From the sequence record OP142323.1: a DNA stretch of 46,473 nt. One strand, given 5' to 3'. Under the pieces are notes generated by a model. That model did no database searches. It was given only the letters and a program-made list of their open reading frames with translations, and was not told the origin of the DNA. A program made the position numbers and the translations under genes. This document shows, piece after piece, positions 9,683 through 18,804 of this stretch. This DNA comes from Staphylococcus phage Lacachita. How positions within the stretch are numbered: the stretch's first letter is position 1; the number at the start of each line of letters is the position of its first letter.

Positions 9683-10216
9683 ATGACAATTGAACTAATT
9701 ACACAAACAAACGAAGGAAAAGTAACAAAAAGCCATGAAATTCAAGAGATGAACATCAAGCAAGTTGCAAAAGTTGCTAAAGGTGTTTCTAAAATTGTTA
9801 ATTTCATTAATAAAAACGATAAATTACAAAATGCTATAAAAACATTTACTGAAACTCGTGCAGAAGTAATTAAAGAAGCTCAAGCATACTATGAAGAATT
9901 TAAAGACGAAAAAGACGTTCCTGAGTATGATGTAGGCGGAGTTACATTACAACGTGCAGCAGGTTATGTATGGAATGACATTTTAGGTGTATTAAGCGAC
10001 CTATTATACGAAATTCCAGAAACTGTTATCGAAGTTGTCGCAGAAGCAAGCGATATCAATCCTAAATTGTTAGAAGCACAAGACATCGAAACGTTTATTG
10101 ATGTTATTGATGAAACTATCCAAGTTAACGACATCGAAAAACTAATCGGTCGAGTAAAAAAGTTAGGGAACTCGTTGAAACCGATGTTCAAACTCAACAA
10201 ACAACAGGAACAATAA
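9683..10216 (+). CDS. tail assembly chaperone (gpG-like)
   Basis: 177-aa acidic protein immediately upstream of the TMP gene. It contains the slippery heptamer A AAA AAG near its 3' end. Confidence 0.6.
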   Translation: MTIELITQTNEGKVTKSHEIQEMNIKQVAKVAKGVSKIVNFINKNDKLQNAIKTFTETRAEVIKEAQAYYEEFKDEKDVPEYDVGGVTLQRAAGYVWNDILGVLSDLLYEIPETVIEVVAEASDINPKLLEAQDIETFIDVIDETIQVNDIEKLIGRVKKLGNSLKPMFKLNKQQEQ

Positions 10217-10596
10217 ACACTACATCGCCTAGTTTAGAAGAGACGGTAGTATACCGATTATCTGATAAGCTAGGTGGTAGAAGTGAGGTCGTGAGTGCGC
10301 CTTTCGTTGAGTTACTAAGTTACTTAATAACAAGCATAGAAGAGGACAAAGCGAAAGTAGAAGAAAAACAAGTCGAATACTATCTCAACTTTATTGCTAT
10401 GCTTAATAGTAATCCTCAAAACGAAAAGCAAGCTAAAGAAACTGATAAATTTATGAAGAGTATCAAACCTAAACTCAATAAAAACAAGCCGAAAGATCAA
10501 ATAGAAACATCGCAAAAAAATTATCAGTGGCCTGAAAGAGTTCGTAAAAAAATGGAACAAAAACAAAAAGAAAGAGAACAACAGCAACAACAATAA
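9683..10596 (+). CDS. tail assembly chaperone G-T fusion produced by programmed -1 frameshift at 10156-10162
   Basis: The -1 frame is open from 10129 to 10596 and overlaps the 3' end of the G ORF. The heptamer A AAA AAG is in X XXY YYZ phase. The annotated 10291..10596 ORF is the downstream part of the T segment. Confidence 0.6.
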
Positions 10597-10601
10597 TCAT
10601 T

Positions 10602-10638
10602 GCCCCCACTGTTAGCCTAATCAGTGGGGGTATTTTAT
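10602..10638 (+). terminator. GC-rich hairpin with U-tract between chaperone and TMP genes (attenuator-like)
   Basis: Perfect 9-bp stem CCCCCACTG / CAGTGGGGG with an 11-nt loop, followed by TATTTTAT, 20 nt upstream of the TMP RBS. Confidence 0.5.
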
Positions 10639-10657
10639 AGTAAAAGGAGGTTGTCGA

Positions 10658-13600
10658 ATGGCAAGTGTAAAGGAGTTATATGCCAAGATTAGTGCCACTG
10701 CTGAAGGTTTTAATAAGACAATGGATAGTATATCTAGCAAGACAAGACAGACAGCTAAGAGCATATCCAGTCAATCTAATATCATGAGCAAAAGCCTACA
10801 GGGTATCGGTAAAGCTGGGCGTAGCTTTGACAACATAGGAAACAAAATACAAGGCGTTTCTAAAAGTGTCGGTGGCGTTGGCGAGAAAATGACTAACTCT
10901 ATAACTAAGCCGGCAGGTGTAGCAGTTGGCGCAGTTGGTGGGCTTGTCGGTGCTTTAGGTTTCAAACGTCTTGTCGGAATGGATCAGGCAGAAGCTAAGT
11001 TAAAAGGTATCGGTCTTGCAGGGAAAGACGTTACAAAAATACAAAACCAAGTATCTAAGTCTATCGAAGGTAGTATGACAACTATGGCCGAAGGTACTGA
11101 CTTAGCAGCCGGTGCTTTAGGATCAGGTGTTAAAGAAGGAAAAGAATTAGAAAAATACATAAAAGCAGCAGGTAACGCTGCAGTAGGTGCTAATGTACCT
11201 GTAGCTGAAATGGGACAAATATTCAGTCGTGTTAAAGGTCAGGGTAAATTAGCCGGAACTGAATTAGAAATGATGGAAGAACGTTTACCGGGATTCACTT
11301 CTACAATGGCAAGAGAAATGGGCTTGTCTATGGAAGAATTTAGAGACAAAGTTTCAGCCGGAGAGGTTGGATACGATGAGTTCTTAAAAGGTGTTGAAGC
11401 TAGAGCGGGTAAATCGGCAGAAGCTCAATCTCAAACATTTATGGGTATGCTTACCAACACTAAAAACTATTTAGGAATGATTGGAGAAGCATTTCTACAA
11501 CCCGCATTTAAAGAGGCTAAAGTTGTATTAGCTGATCTCGTTAATACTTTAAATAGCGATTCCCTAAGAGAAAGCGCTGCAGAAGCAGGTAAAGTAGTAG
11601 CGCCAGCCTTTGCTTTCCTAGCTAAAGCAGTTACAGGAACAATTAAAGCATTCTTAAATCTACCCGGTCCAGTATTAGGCGCAATTGGTGCTTTAGGTGG
11701 TATATTAATTGCTATTGGTCCGGTTCTTACAGGTTTTGCTAAATTAGGTGGTATGATCGGCGGAATGTTCAAAACGTTCGGATCATTACTATCATTCGTG
11801 TCAGCATTAAACCCAGTAGGACTAATTATCATGGGTATTGTTGCGGCAGTCGCAGCATTAGGTACAGCTTTCTATATCGCTTATCAGAAATCAGAAACAT
11901 TTAGAAACTTCATCAATGGTATAGGCACTATGATAAGTGGTGCCATTGGTTGGATTAAACAATTTGGTCAAGCAATCGGTGCGCTTTTCTCAGGAAATAC
12001 TGGAGAGGGCGTTAACATATTAGAAAAGCTAGGTTTTAATCAAAGTCAAATATCAGCGATACAGGGTATGGTATCAAGTCTTAAAAGTATATTTACTGAA
12101 TTAGGACGAGTGTTAGCGATAACATTTAATGAGATGAAAGGCGCTTGGAATGGAGTAGCTAGTGCATTCACTGGATCAATTCCATTTATTAAAATGGCGT
12201 TCTCTAACATGGTAGCAATACTAGGTCCGATATTTATGGCTTTAGTGAATGTTGTTAAGACAGTGTTCACAACTATAATTTCTGTCATTCGTGGCGCTTT
12301 CCAAATGATACAGGGCGTTATACAAATATTTAGCGGTCTTGTACAGGGCGACTGGTCGTTAGTATGGCAAGGCGTAGTAAATATATTCAAAGGTTTCTTT
12401 GGTATATTAGTTGCCTTAGTTAAACAGCTTGTCATGACGCTATTCTATATAGTTAAAGGATTGGCTACTAGTTTAGGTAATGCCTTACGCATTGCTTTTG
12501 GCGTCGTCAAAAATATCATCGTCGGTATTTTCAACGGTATCAAGTGGGTAGTAGTTACAATATTTAAAAGCATGGTTAATGCTATCGTTGTCAGCGCACA
12601 AACATTGTGGTTGAGAATAACACAAATTTTTAATGCACTTAAATTTGCTATTACAGCTATATGGAATGGAATTAAATTTGTTTCTGTAGCAGTATGGAAT
12701 AGTATTAAGTTTTTAGTAGTTGGTTTCGTTCGAACTATGAAAAATTTAATAATGATGATACTTGGCGGACTGAAAGCCGGTATATTGGCAATTTGGAACG
12801 GAATCAAGTTTGTCACAATGTTTGTTTGGAATTTAATCAAGAATAGAGTTATAGCCAATGCTCGTATCATGAAGAATTTAGTCGTTGCCATATTTAGAAG
12901 TTTAAAAGCTATCGTTTCTGCTATATGGAACGGACTTAAAAACTTTGTCATCTTAGTATGGAACACATTAAAAAATAGAGTAATTGCAATTACTCGTATT
13001 TTGAAAAATATCGTAATTTCAGTAATACGAATAATGAAAAATATCGTTATTGCAACATTTAGAATAATGAAGAACATTGTTATTGCAGTGTGGAACGCAT
13101 TGAAAAATAGAGTTATCGCAGTTGCTCGTATCATGAAAAACATTGTTATTACAGTTATTCGAACATTGAAGAATGTTGTTATTAGCATATTTAGAGCATT
13201 GAAAAATGTAGCGATTGCTATTTGGAATGGAATTAAAAATAAAGTTATTTCTTTAGCTCGAACAATGAAGAACGTTGCTATATCAATAGTTCGCGCAATG
13301 AAAAACGCGATACTTGGAATTTGGAAAGCGCTCAAAAACGTAACAATTTCAATTTGGAACGCAATCAAAAATAAAGTAATCGGTTTAGCTCGCGGTTTGA
13401 AGAGCGCTGCACTTAGTGTTTTCCGTTCATTGAAGTCAGGTATTACTGGAATATGGAATGGTATAAAATCTGTTACATCTAAAGTATGGAACGGAATTAA
13501 AAATGTAGCTATCGGCGCAGCTAAAGGAATGAAAAGTAAAGTCTTAGGTTTATTTGGTTCCATGAAAAACGGAATCAAAAAACAAATTGATAACATCAAA

Positions 13601-15490
13601 GGATTTATGGATAAAATGGTTGGTGGCGTTAAGAAAGGACTTAACGGACTAATCAAAGGTGTTAACTGGGTAGCCGGCAAACTAGGTATGGACAAGCTAC
13701 CTGAAATAAAACTACATAGCGGTACTGTGGGTGGTGGACGTCTTGTAAGAAACGGAAAACTAAACACAGGCACAATGGCTACTGTAGGAGATAAAGGTCG
13801 AGGAAATGGACCGGGTGGCTTTAGAAATGAAATGATACGCTATCCTAACGGAAGAATGGCACTAACACCTAACAAAGATACAACAACATTCTTGCCTAAA
13901 GGTTCAAGCGTATATAGCGGCGCACAAACGCACTCATTATTAAGTAGTTTGCCTAAGTTTTCTACTGGTACTAATCCATTAGGCAACGGAAACAAAAAGC
14001 CTAAGAAAAAGAAAAAAGGCGACAACTTATTTGGCGACGCGTGGGACGCAACTAAAGCTGGTGCAGCTAAAGTCGTTGACGGTGGTAAAGCAGTTGTTAG
14101 CAAAACACTCGACGCTGCCGCAAAAGGTAAAGAGTGGTTAAGTGATAAAGTCGGAGATGTGCTTGACTGGATAGACAAACCAGAAAAACTATTGGATAAA
14201 GTTCTTGAAGGCTTTGGAGTTAACTTAGATGGTTTCGGAATAACTAAAGCTGCTGAATTACCTTACAACATGATGAAAGGTATGTTCGGTAAACTTAAAA
14301 AAGGTGCTATAGAGAAATTTAAAGAATGGTTTGAAGAAAGTAGTAGTGGCGACGGTGGATACATTGACCTTTCTAAAGGTATAAACTTTGGTTTCGCTAG
14401 AACAGCTGCAGAAGCAGCATCTCAGGGTTATCCATTCGCAAGACCTCACTATGGTTTGGATATAAATTATAAATACGACAAAGTATATTCAACGCTTTCT
14501 GGTATGGCAACAGGTAGTTCAGGTTGGAACGGTGGTTTCGGTCAAAACATGTGGATAAGAGCCAAAAACGGAGTAGAAGCCATATACGGACACCTTCACA
14601 AACTAGCCTTTCATGGTAAAAAACGTGTCAAACCGGGAACTTACTTAGGTATTTCCGGTGGGGATCCGGGACGTGACGGACAAAACGCCGGAAGTTCTAC
14701 AGGTCCACACTTACACTATGAAATGCGCTGGAATGGAGTTCCTAAAGATCCAACAAGCTGGTTGAAGAAAAACAATGGTGGCGGCAAAGTCGGTGGTAGT
14801 GGATCAGGAAACGCACGTAAGGCAATCAAGAAAGCACAAGCAATTTTAGGCGGTCGTTACAAATCATCTTATATTACTGAACAAATGATGAGAGTCGCCA
14901 AACGTGAATCCAACTTCCAAGCTGACGCAGTCAACGACTGGGACGTCAATGCTAGAGCTGGAACACCTTCTAAAGGTATGTTCCAAATGATTGAACCATC
15001 TTTTAAAGCATATGCTAAAAAAGGACATGGGAACATATTAAATCCAACTGACCAAGCTATATCAGCTATGCGCTACATTGTAGGTAAATGGGTTCCTATT
15101 ATGGGAAGTTGGAAAAGTGCGTTTAAACGTGCAGGAGATTATGCTTATGCTAATGGTGGTATTGTTAATTCGCCAGAGTTAGCATGGATTGCCGAAGGTG
15201 GTTTCAGTGAGTCTGTTATAAGTCATGACCCTAGAAAACGTATGAGAAGTAAAAGCATACATGATAAAACAGGCAAAATGCTCGGTGTTGATGATGATAC
15301 GCAAATGTTACGAGAAATCATTAATATTCTTGAAGCTGGCAACCACTTACAATCTGTTAATAATAACGCTGTTAATAGATTGTTAGATAAAAACGTCGAC
15401 ATCTATATGGATAAGAAAAAACTAACACAAGCGGTCAACAATCAGTCAGCGGACTTATTCAATTCCGGTATGTATAATCAGGGAGGTTAA
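10658..15490 (+). CDS. tail tape measure protein with C-terminal M23 peptidase and lytic transglycosylase (SLT) domains
   Basis: 1610 aa. The N-terminus has Gly/Ala-rich TM-like segments. The central region is about 30 copies of an 11-aa repeat. The M23 region carries 'HYGLDINY...GPHLHYEMR'. The SLT region carries 'RESNFQADAVNDWD...GMFQMIEPSF'. Confidence 0.85.
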   Translation: MASVKELYAKISATAEGFNKTMDSISSKTRQTAKSISSQSNIMSKSLQGIGKAGRSFDNIGNKIQGVSKSVGGVGEKMTNSITKPAGVAVGAVGGLVGALGFKRLVGMDQAEAKLKGIGLAGKDVTKIQNQVSKSIEGSMTTMAEGTDLAAGALGSGVKEGKELEKYIKAAGNAAVGANVPVAEMGQIFSRVKGQGKLAGTELEMMEERLPGFTSTMAREMGLSMEEFRDKVSAGEVGYDEFLKGVEARAGKSAEAQSQTFMGMLTNTKNYLGMIGEAFLQPAFKEAKVVLADLVNTLNSDSLRESAAEAGKVVAPAFAFLAKAVTGTIKAFLNLPGPVLGAIGALGGILIAIGPVLTGFAKLGGMIGGMFKTFGSLLSFVSALNPVGLIIMGIVAAVAALGTAFYIAYQKSETFRNFINGIGTMISGAIGWIKQFGQAIGALFSGNTGEGVNILEKLGFNQSQISAIQGMVSSLKSIFTELGRVLAITFNEMKGAWNGVASAFTGSIPFIKMAFSNMVAILGPIFMALVNVVKTVFTTIISVIRGAFQMIQGVIQIFSGLVQGDWSLVWQGVVNIFKGFFGILVALVKQLVMTLFYIVKGLATSLGNALRIAFGVVKNIIVGIFNGIKWVVVTIFKSMVNAIVVSAQTLWLRITQIFNALKFAITAIWNGIKFVSVAVWNSIKFLVVGFVRTMKNLIMMILGGLKAGILAIWNGIKFVTMFVWNLIKNRVIANARIMKNLVVAIFRSLKAIVSAIWNGLKNFVILVWNTLKNRVIAITRILKNIVISVIRIMKNIVIATFRIMKNIVIAVWNALKNRVIAVARIMKNIVITVIRTLKNVVISIFRALKNVAIAIWNGIKNKVISLARTMKNVAISIVRAMKNAILGIWKALKNVTISIWNAIKNKVIGLARGLKSAALSVFRSLKSGITGIWNGIKSVTSKVWNGIKNVAIGAAKGMKSKVLGLFGSMKNGIKKQIDNIKGFMDKMVGGVKKGLNGLIKGVNWVAGKLGMDKLPEIKLHSGTVGGGRLVRNGKLNTGTMATVGDKGRGNGPGGFRNEMIRYPNGRMALTPNKDTTTFLPKGSSVYSGAQTHSLLSSLPKFSTGTNPLGNGNKKPKKKKKGDNLFGDAWDATKAGAAKVVDGGKAVVSKTLDAAAKGKEWLSDKVGDVLDWIDKPEKLLDKVLEGFGVNLDGFGITKAAELPYNMMKGMFGKLKKGAIEKFKEWFEESSSGDGGYIDLSKGINFGFARTAAEAASQGYPFARPHYGLDINYKYDKVYSTLSGMATGSSGWNGGFGQNMWIRAKNGVEAIYGHLHKLAFHGKKRVKPGTYLGISGGDPGRDGQNAGSSTGPHLHYEMRWNGVPKDPTSWLKKNNGGGKVGGSGSGNARKAIKKAQAILGGRYKSSYITEQMMRVAKRESNFQADAVNDWDVNARAGTPSKGMFQMIEPSFKAYAKKGHGNILNPTDQAISAMRYIVGKWVPIMGSWKSAFKRAGDYAYANGGIVNSPELAWIAEGGFSESVISHDPRKRMRSKSIHDKTGKMLGVDDDTQMLREIINILEAGNHLQSVNNNAVNRLLDKNVDIYMDKKKLTQAVNNQSADLFNSGMYNQGG
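12600..13560 (+). repeat. coding tandem repeats (33-nt / 11-aa period) inside the TMP gene
   Basis: Repeated units of the form 'AIWNGIKNKVIA' / 'RIMKNIVIAxF'. The periodicity leaves the reverse strand open as a 442-aa artefact ORF. Confidence 0.8.
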
Positions 15491-15493
15491 CAA

Positions 15494-16336
15494 ATGGAGA
15501 GTTGTAAGAAAAGCTGGGTAGAAGTAATGTTCAAAAATAAAACGTATAATCTAGCAAATATTGACGGTTTATACATACAAAACATATCAACTACACACCC
15601 AGTAGGAGAAAACGATCAAATAGAAATTAAGGGGGTTGACGGTGTTATTCCAGCGCCGTCAACATATAAACCCTTCGAACTAGAAATAGAACTCATGTAT
15701 AGAGGCGTAGACGCAAAAGACGTTGAGCTTTTAGTATTCAGACTTAATAACTTTTTAAGTGTAAGAGAGCCTTACTATATTAGACATTCGAACATGCCCG
15801 GACTTAAATATGCTGTATTGCCTAATCCTAAAATTGAAGATGAATATAAAACATTAAGAGATAGAACAATAAAAATAACTTTTAATTGTTATAAAGGATA
15901 TAGCGAAAGTTATGAAGCAACTAACAAGATGAATTTCATAAATGATGATTGGCAATTCCAAGAAGGTTTAAAAGCAGCAGACAAATTAAAGTATGTTCAT
16001 TATGATTGGGGTTATGAAATATATAATGGATCAAGCGACTACATAAACCCGTTTAACCAAAGTTTAACTATTAAATTGAATTTAGACGCCCCTAAAGGTT
16101 TTACATTACACAACAAGACAACAGGGGATAAGTTTGAATATTACGAGCCATTAAAAAGAAATGAAACGTTTGAGTTGAGAGACGTTTATCCTATAAAAAA
16201 CTATAGTGAGCATGTAGGACACTTAACTAATTTTGAATGGATTACGTTAGCGCCCGGATATAATGATATAGAAATATATGGACGCGACTTAGGATATACA
16301 AAGAGTGAATGGATATTTAACTTCACATTCAAGTAG
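15494..16336 (+). CDS. distal tail protein (Dit)
   Basis: 280 aa immediately after the TMP gene, which is the canonical Dit position. Confidence 0.55.
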   Translation: MESCKKSWVEVMFKNKTYNLANIDGLYIQNISTTHPVGENDQIEIKGVDGVIPAPSTYKPFELEIELMYRGVDAKDVELLVFRLNNFLSVREPYYIRHSNMPGLKYAVLPNPKIEDEYKTLRDRTIKITFNCYKGYSESYEATNKMNFINDDWQFQEGLKAADKLKYVHYDWGYEIYNGSSDYINPFNQSLTIKLNLDAPKGFTLHNKTTGDKFEYYEPLKRNETFELRDVYPIKNYSEHVGHLTNFEWITLAPGYNDIEIYGRDLGYTKSEWIFNFTFK

Positions 16337-16348
16337 GAGGTTAGTTAA

Positions 16349-18802
16349 TTGAAAGATTTAGTGTTATCAAATAGAAATTTCACATTTCAAGAGTTAATAG
16401 TCGACTATAACCTAGAGTCGCTATCTATTGAATACAGTTTAAACGATAACAGAGGGATAACTTTTGAAATTCCTAAAACAAAAAGAAATGCCTTTTTATA
16501 CGACAAGATATTACCTGATATGCTTTTAATTTGGGAAGATCAATATTACACAATTATCACATCAGACGAAGCAGCTTCAGGAAATCAACGTACAAAAACA
16601 GTAGAAGCTAAGCATATTTTTATGGAGTCACAATATATCTACATTGAAAGAGATTTATCAAAAGACAAAATAAACGAAGATGTTGAAGATATAGAAACAG
16701 ACGATAATGGCGTTGTCAAAGATAAAAAGAAAAAGAAACCTAACGAAGATGTGTCCGACAGCATAGCAGATAGTAATATAGATGTTGTAGCAGATAAGAT
16801 ATATAAATTCTTAATTAATAAAGGCATGGCCAAGTATCAAATATATGGGATATTAGGTAATGCAAAAGCCGAAAGTGGAATGAACCCTGCTGCTGAACAA
16901 GTTGAGGGAGATCCTGACAGAGGTGGTAAAGGTCTATTTCAATGGGACGATAGAAAGTACAACCTATATAAATTCGCTGAAAATAACAACACAACATGGC
17001 AAGATCCTGACGTTCAATTAAAATTCATGTGGAGTGAATTAAATTCTACAGAAGCGTATGCAATGAAGAAACTGGAAGCTACAAATAATACAAGAGAAGC
17101 AGCTTTAGCATTTCATAGATATTTCGAACGTAGTGCAGATGACACGCAAAAAGAAAAGCGACGTGTCACTTACGCTTTAGAGTATAGAGATATGTTCGAA
17201 GATAAAGACAACAGTCCTGATGAAGTAGCCAACAGTGATTGGTTGGATATTAGCAAAGGGATTAACTATGGTTTCGGACAGGGTGGCGCATATGAACAAG
17301 AAACTGGCGTCGCAAGACATGACGGTATTGATTTAAATTACGTATACGACCCCGTTTATTCTGTTATCAAAGGTTTAGTCAAAGTCGGTTGGGATCCTAG
17401 AGGATATGGAAACTATGTAATGATAAGTGACGGTGCTGGCTTAGATGTTATATACGGACATTTAAGCGAAGTACACGTCACAACCAATCAACAAGTTGTA
17501 CCCGGTACACCGTTAGGAATAAGTGGTAACACTGGTTTCAGTACAGGACCGCACTTACATTTTGAAATGAGAAAAAACGGTGTTGCGTTTGATCCTATGA
17601 ATTGGATTAGATCAAATAAAGGCGGTACTATTTCTGACGATGACATGACTAATACTGGCGCTACAGAGGACGCAAAAGACCTTTACAGTGTAGACTCATA
17701 CTTAGATTATGGCTTTAAAAACAATAAAGCTGGTTTCACTTATGAAATAGTTGGGGATTTCCCTGACTTTAAAGCTATAGATAAGATAGGGGATAAAAAT
17801 TTATTACAACACATTGTCGACGGTGCGAACGTTTTCGGTTATATCTATTATGCCGATAACAAGAACATCAAGATATACGATAAAGCTACATTCTATAAAT
17901 TCGAAAACTACCCTATTGTCTTTAAATATAATAGTGATGATTTGCAAGTTAAAACCAACATAACAGATTTAGAAACATTTATAAGAGGATATGGTGGCAA
18001 GAAGAATACGAGTGACACTAAAAACTACAATCCAATAAGAAATAAAGATTTAAAGTTAAAAGGTAACTTCAATAAAAAAGGAACATGGAACACAGAAGAA
18101 GTTGGATCATACTATGAAAGTGACTTCGTAGCTAAATACGGAAATGAAACACTACAATGGAATTTGAAAAAAGGTAAACAAGGCGGAACTGTTACTGTTT
18201 ACTTAGACGGAGAAAAAGTCAACAGCTTCAATCAATATAACGAAGAGGCTAGTACAGATAAAGTTATACTCAAACGTGGATTAGAAAAAGGAGATCATAA
18301 CATAAAAGTTGAATTTTCCGGCGCTTCTAATGGTGTTGACTATGAAGAAAAGAAACCCGTCATGTATGTTCAAACTAATAAAAGCGATGTATTTAATTTA
18401 ACTGCAGTTTTAAGTGGTAAAGAGGTTTACAACTTCTACGCAGAATACAAATCGCCGCTATACGACACATATACACCAAGAGAAGCACCTACAGTCTATG
18501 AAGATAGTGTGAAAAGCGAAGATGAATTGAAAAAGATAATAAAAGAAAAAATAAAGGAAGAGCCAACAGTTGAAGTATCAACGAACTATCTAAGTTATGA
18601 TAAAATAGAAGCTAACAGTAAGGTTAGGCTAGTGCATAAGGAAATGGGCTTTAATACCGATTTAGAAGTCGTGGAACTTAAAAAAGGACACCCTCGCGTA
18701 AACAAACCGGTAGAGGTTACATTCACAAATAACAGAACGGATATATTAAAATATCAACGTGCATTAAACCAAGCTGTTAGAAAAATGGAATTAGGAGGGT
18801 AA
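16349..18802 (+). CDS. tail-associated lysin (Tal) with phage tail lysozyme and M23 peptidase domains
   Basis: 817 aa with a TTG start 9 nt after AGGAGG. Lysozyme-like motif 'GILGNAKAESGMNPAAEQ...GLFQWDDRKY'. M23 motif 'HDGIDLNYVYD...GPHLHFEMRKNG', paralogous to the TMP M23 module. Confidence 0.7.
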   Translation: MKDLVLSNRNFTFQELIVDYNLESLSIEYSLNDNRGITFEIPKTKRNAFLYDKILPDMLLIWEDQYYTIITSDEAASGNQRTKTVEAKHIFMESQYIYIERDLSKDKINEDVEDIETDDNGVVKDKKKKKPNEDVSDSIADSNIDVVADKIYKFLINKGMAKYQIYGILGNAKAESGMNPAAEQVEGDPDRGGKGLFQWDDRKYNLYKFAENNNTTWQDPDVQLKFMWSELNSTEAYAMKKLEATNNTREAALAFHRYFERSADDTQKEKRRVTYALEYRDMFEDKDNSPDEVANSDWLDISKGINYGFGQGGAYEQETGVARHDGIDLNYVYDPVYSVIKGLVKVGWDPRGYGNYVMISDGAGLDVIYGHLSEVHVTTNQQVVPGTPLGISGNTGFSTGPHLHFEMRKNGVAFDPMNWIRSNKGGTISDDDMTNTGATEDAKDLYSVDSYLDYGFKNNKAGFTYEIVGDFPDFKAIDKIGDKNLLQHIVDGANVFGYIYYADNKNIKIYDKATFYKFENYPIVFKYNSDDLQVKTNITDLETFIRGYGGKKNTSDTKNYNPIRNKDLKLKGNFNKKGTWNTEEVGSYYESDFVAKYGNETLQWNLKKGKQGGTVTVYLDGEKVNSFNQYNEEASTDKVILKRGLEKGDHNIKVEFSGASNGVDYEEKKPVMYVQTNKSDVFNLTAVLSGKEVYNFYAEYKSPLYDTYTPREAPTVYEDSVKSEDELKKIIKEKIKEEPTVEVSTNYLSYDKIEANSKVRLVHKEMGFNTDLEVVELKKGHPRVNKPVEVTFTNNRTDILKYQRALNQAVRKMELGG

Positions 18803-18804
18803 CA

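Noticed and set aside
10324-10593. 89-aa Phe/Leu-rich ORF antisense to the chaperone T segment
   Set aside because: It is the antisense of a Lys/Glu-rich coding region, which yields poly-Phe/Leu. No expression signals are present.
12600-13560. Possible CRISPR-like or non-coding repeat array
   Set aside because: The repeats are in-frame coding repeats of the tape measure (11-aa period) with no spacer/repeat architecture. Likewise the 12-bp repeats at 31353-31412 are coding iterons.
12445-13773. 442-aa ORF on the minus strand inside the TMP gene
   Set aside because: It arises from the 33-nt periodic repeat, which keeps the antisense frame stop-free. No RBS is present and the composition is low-complexity hydrophobic.
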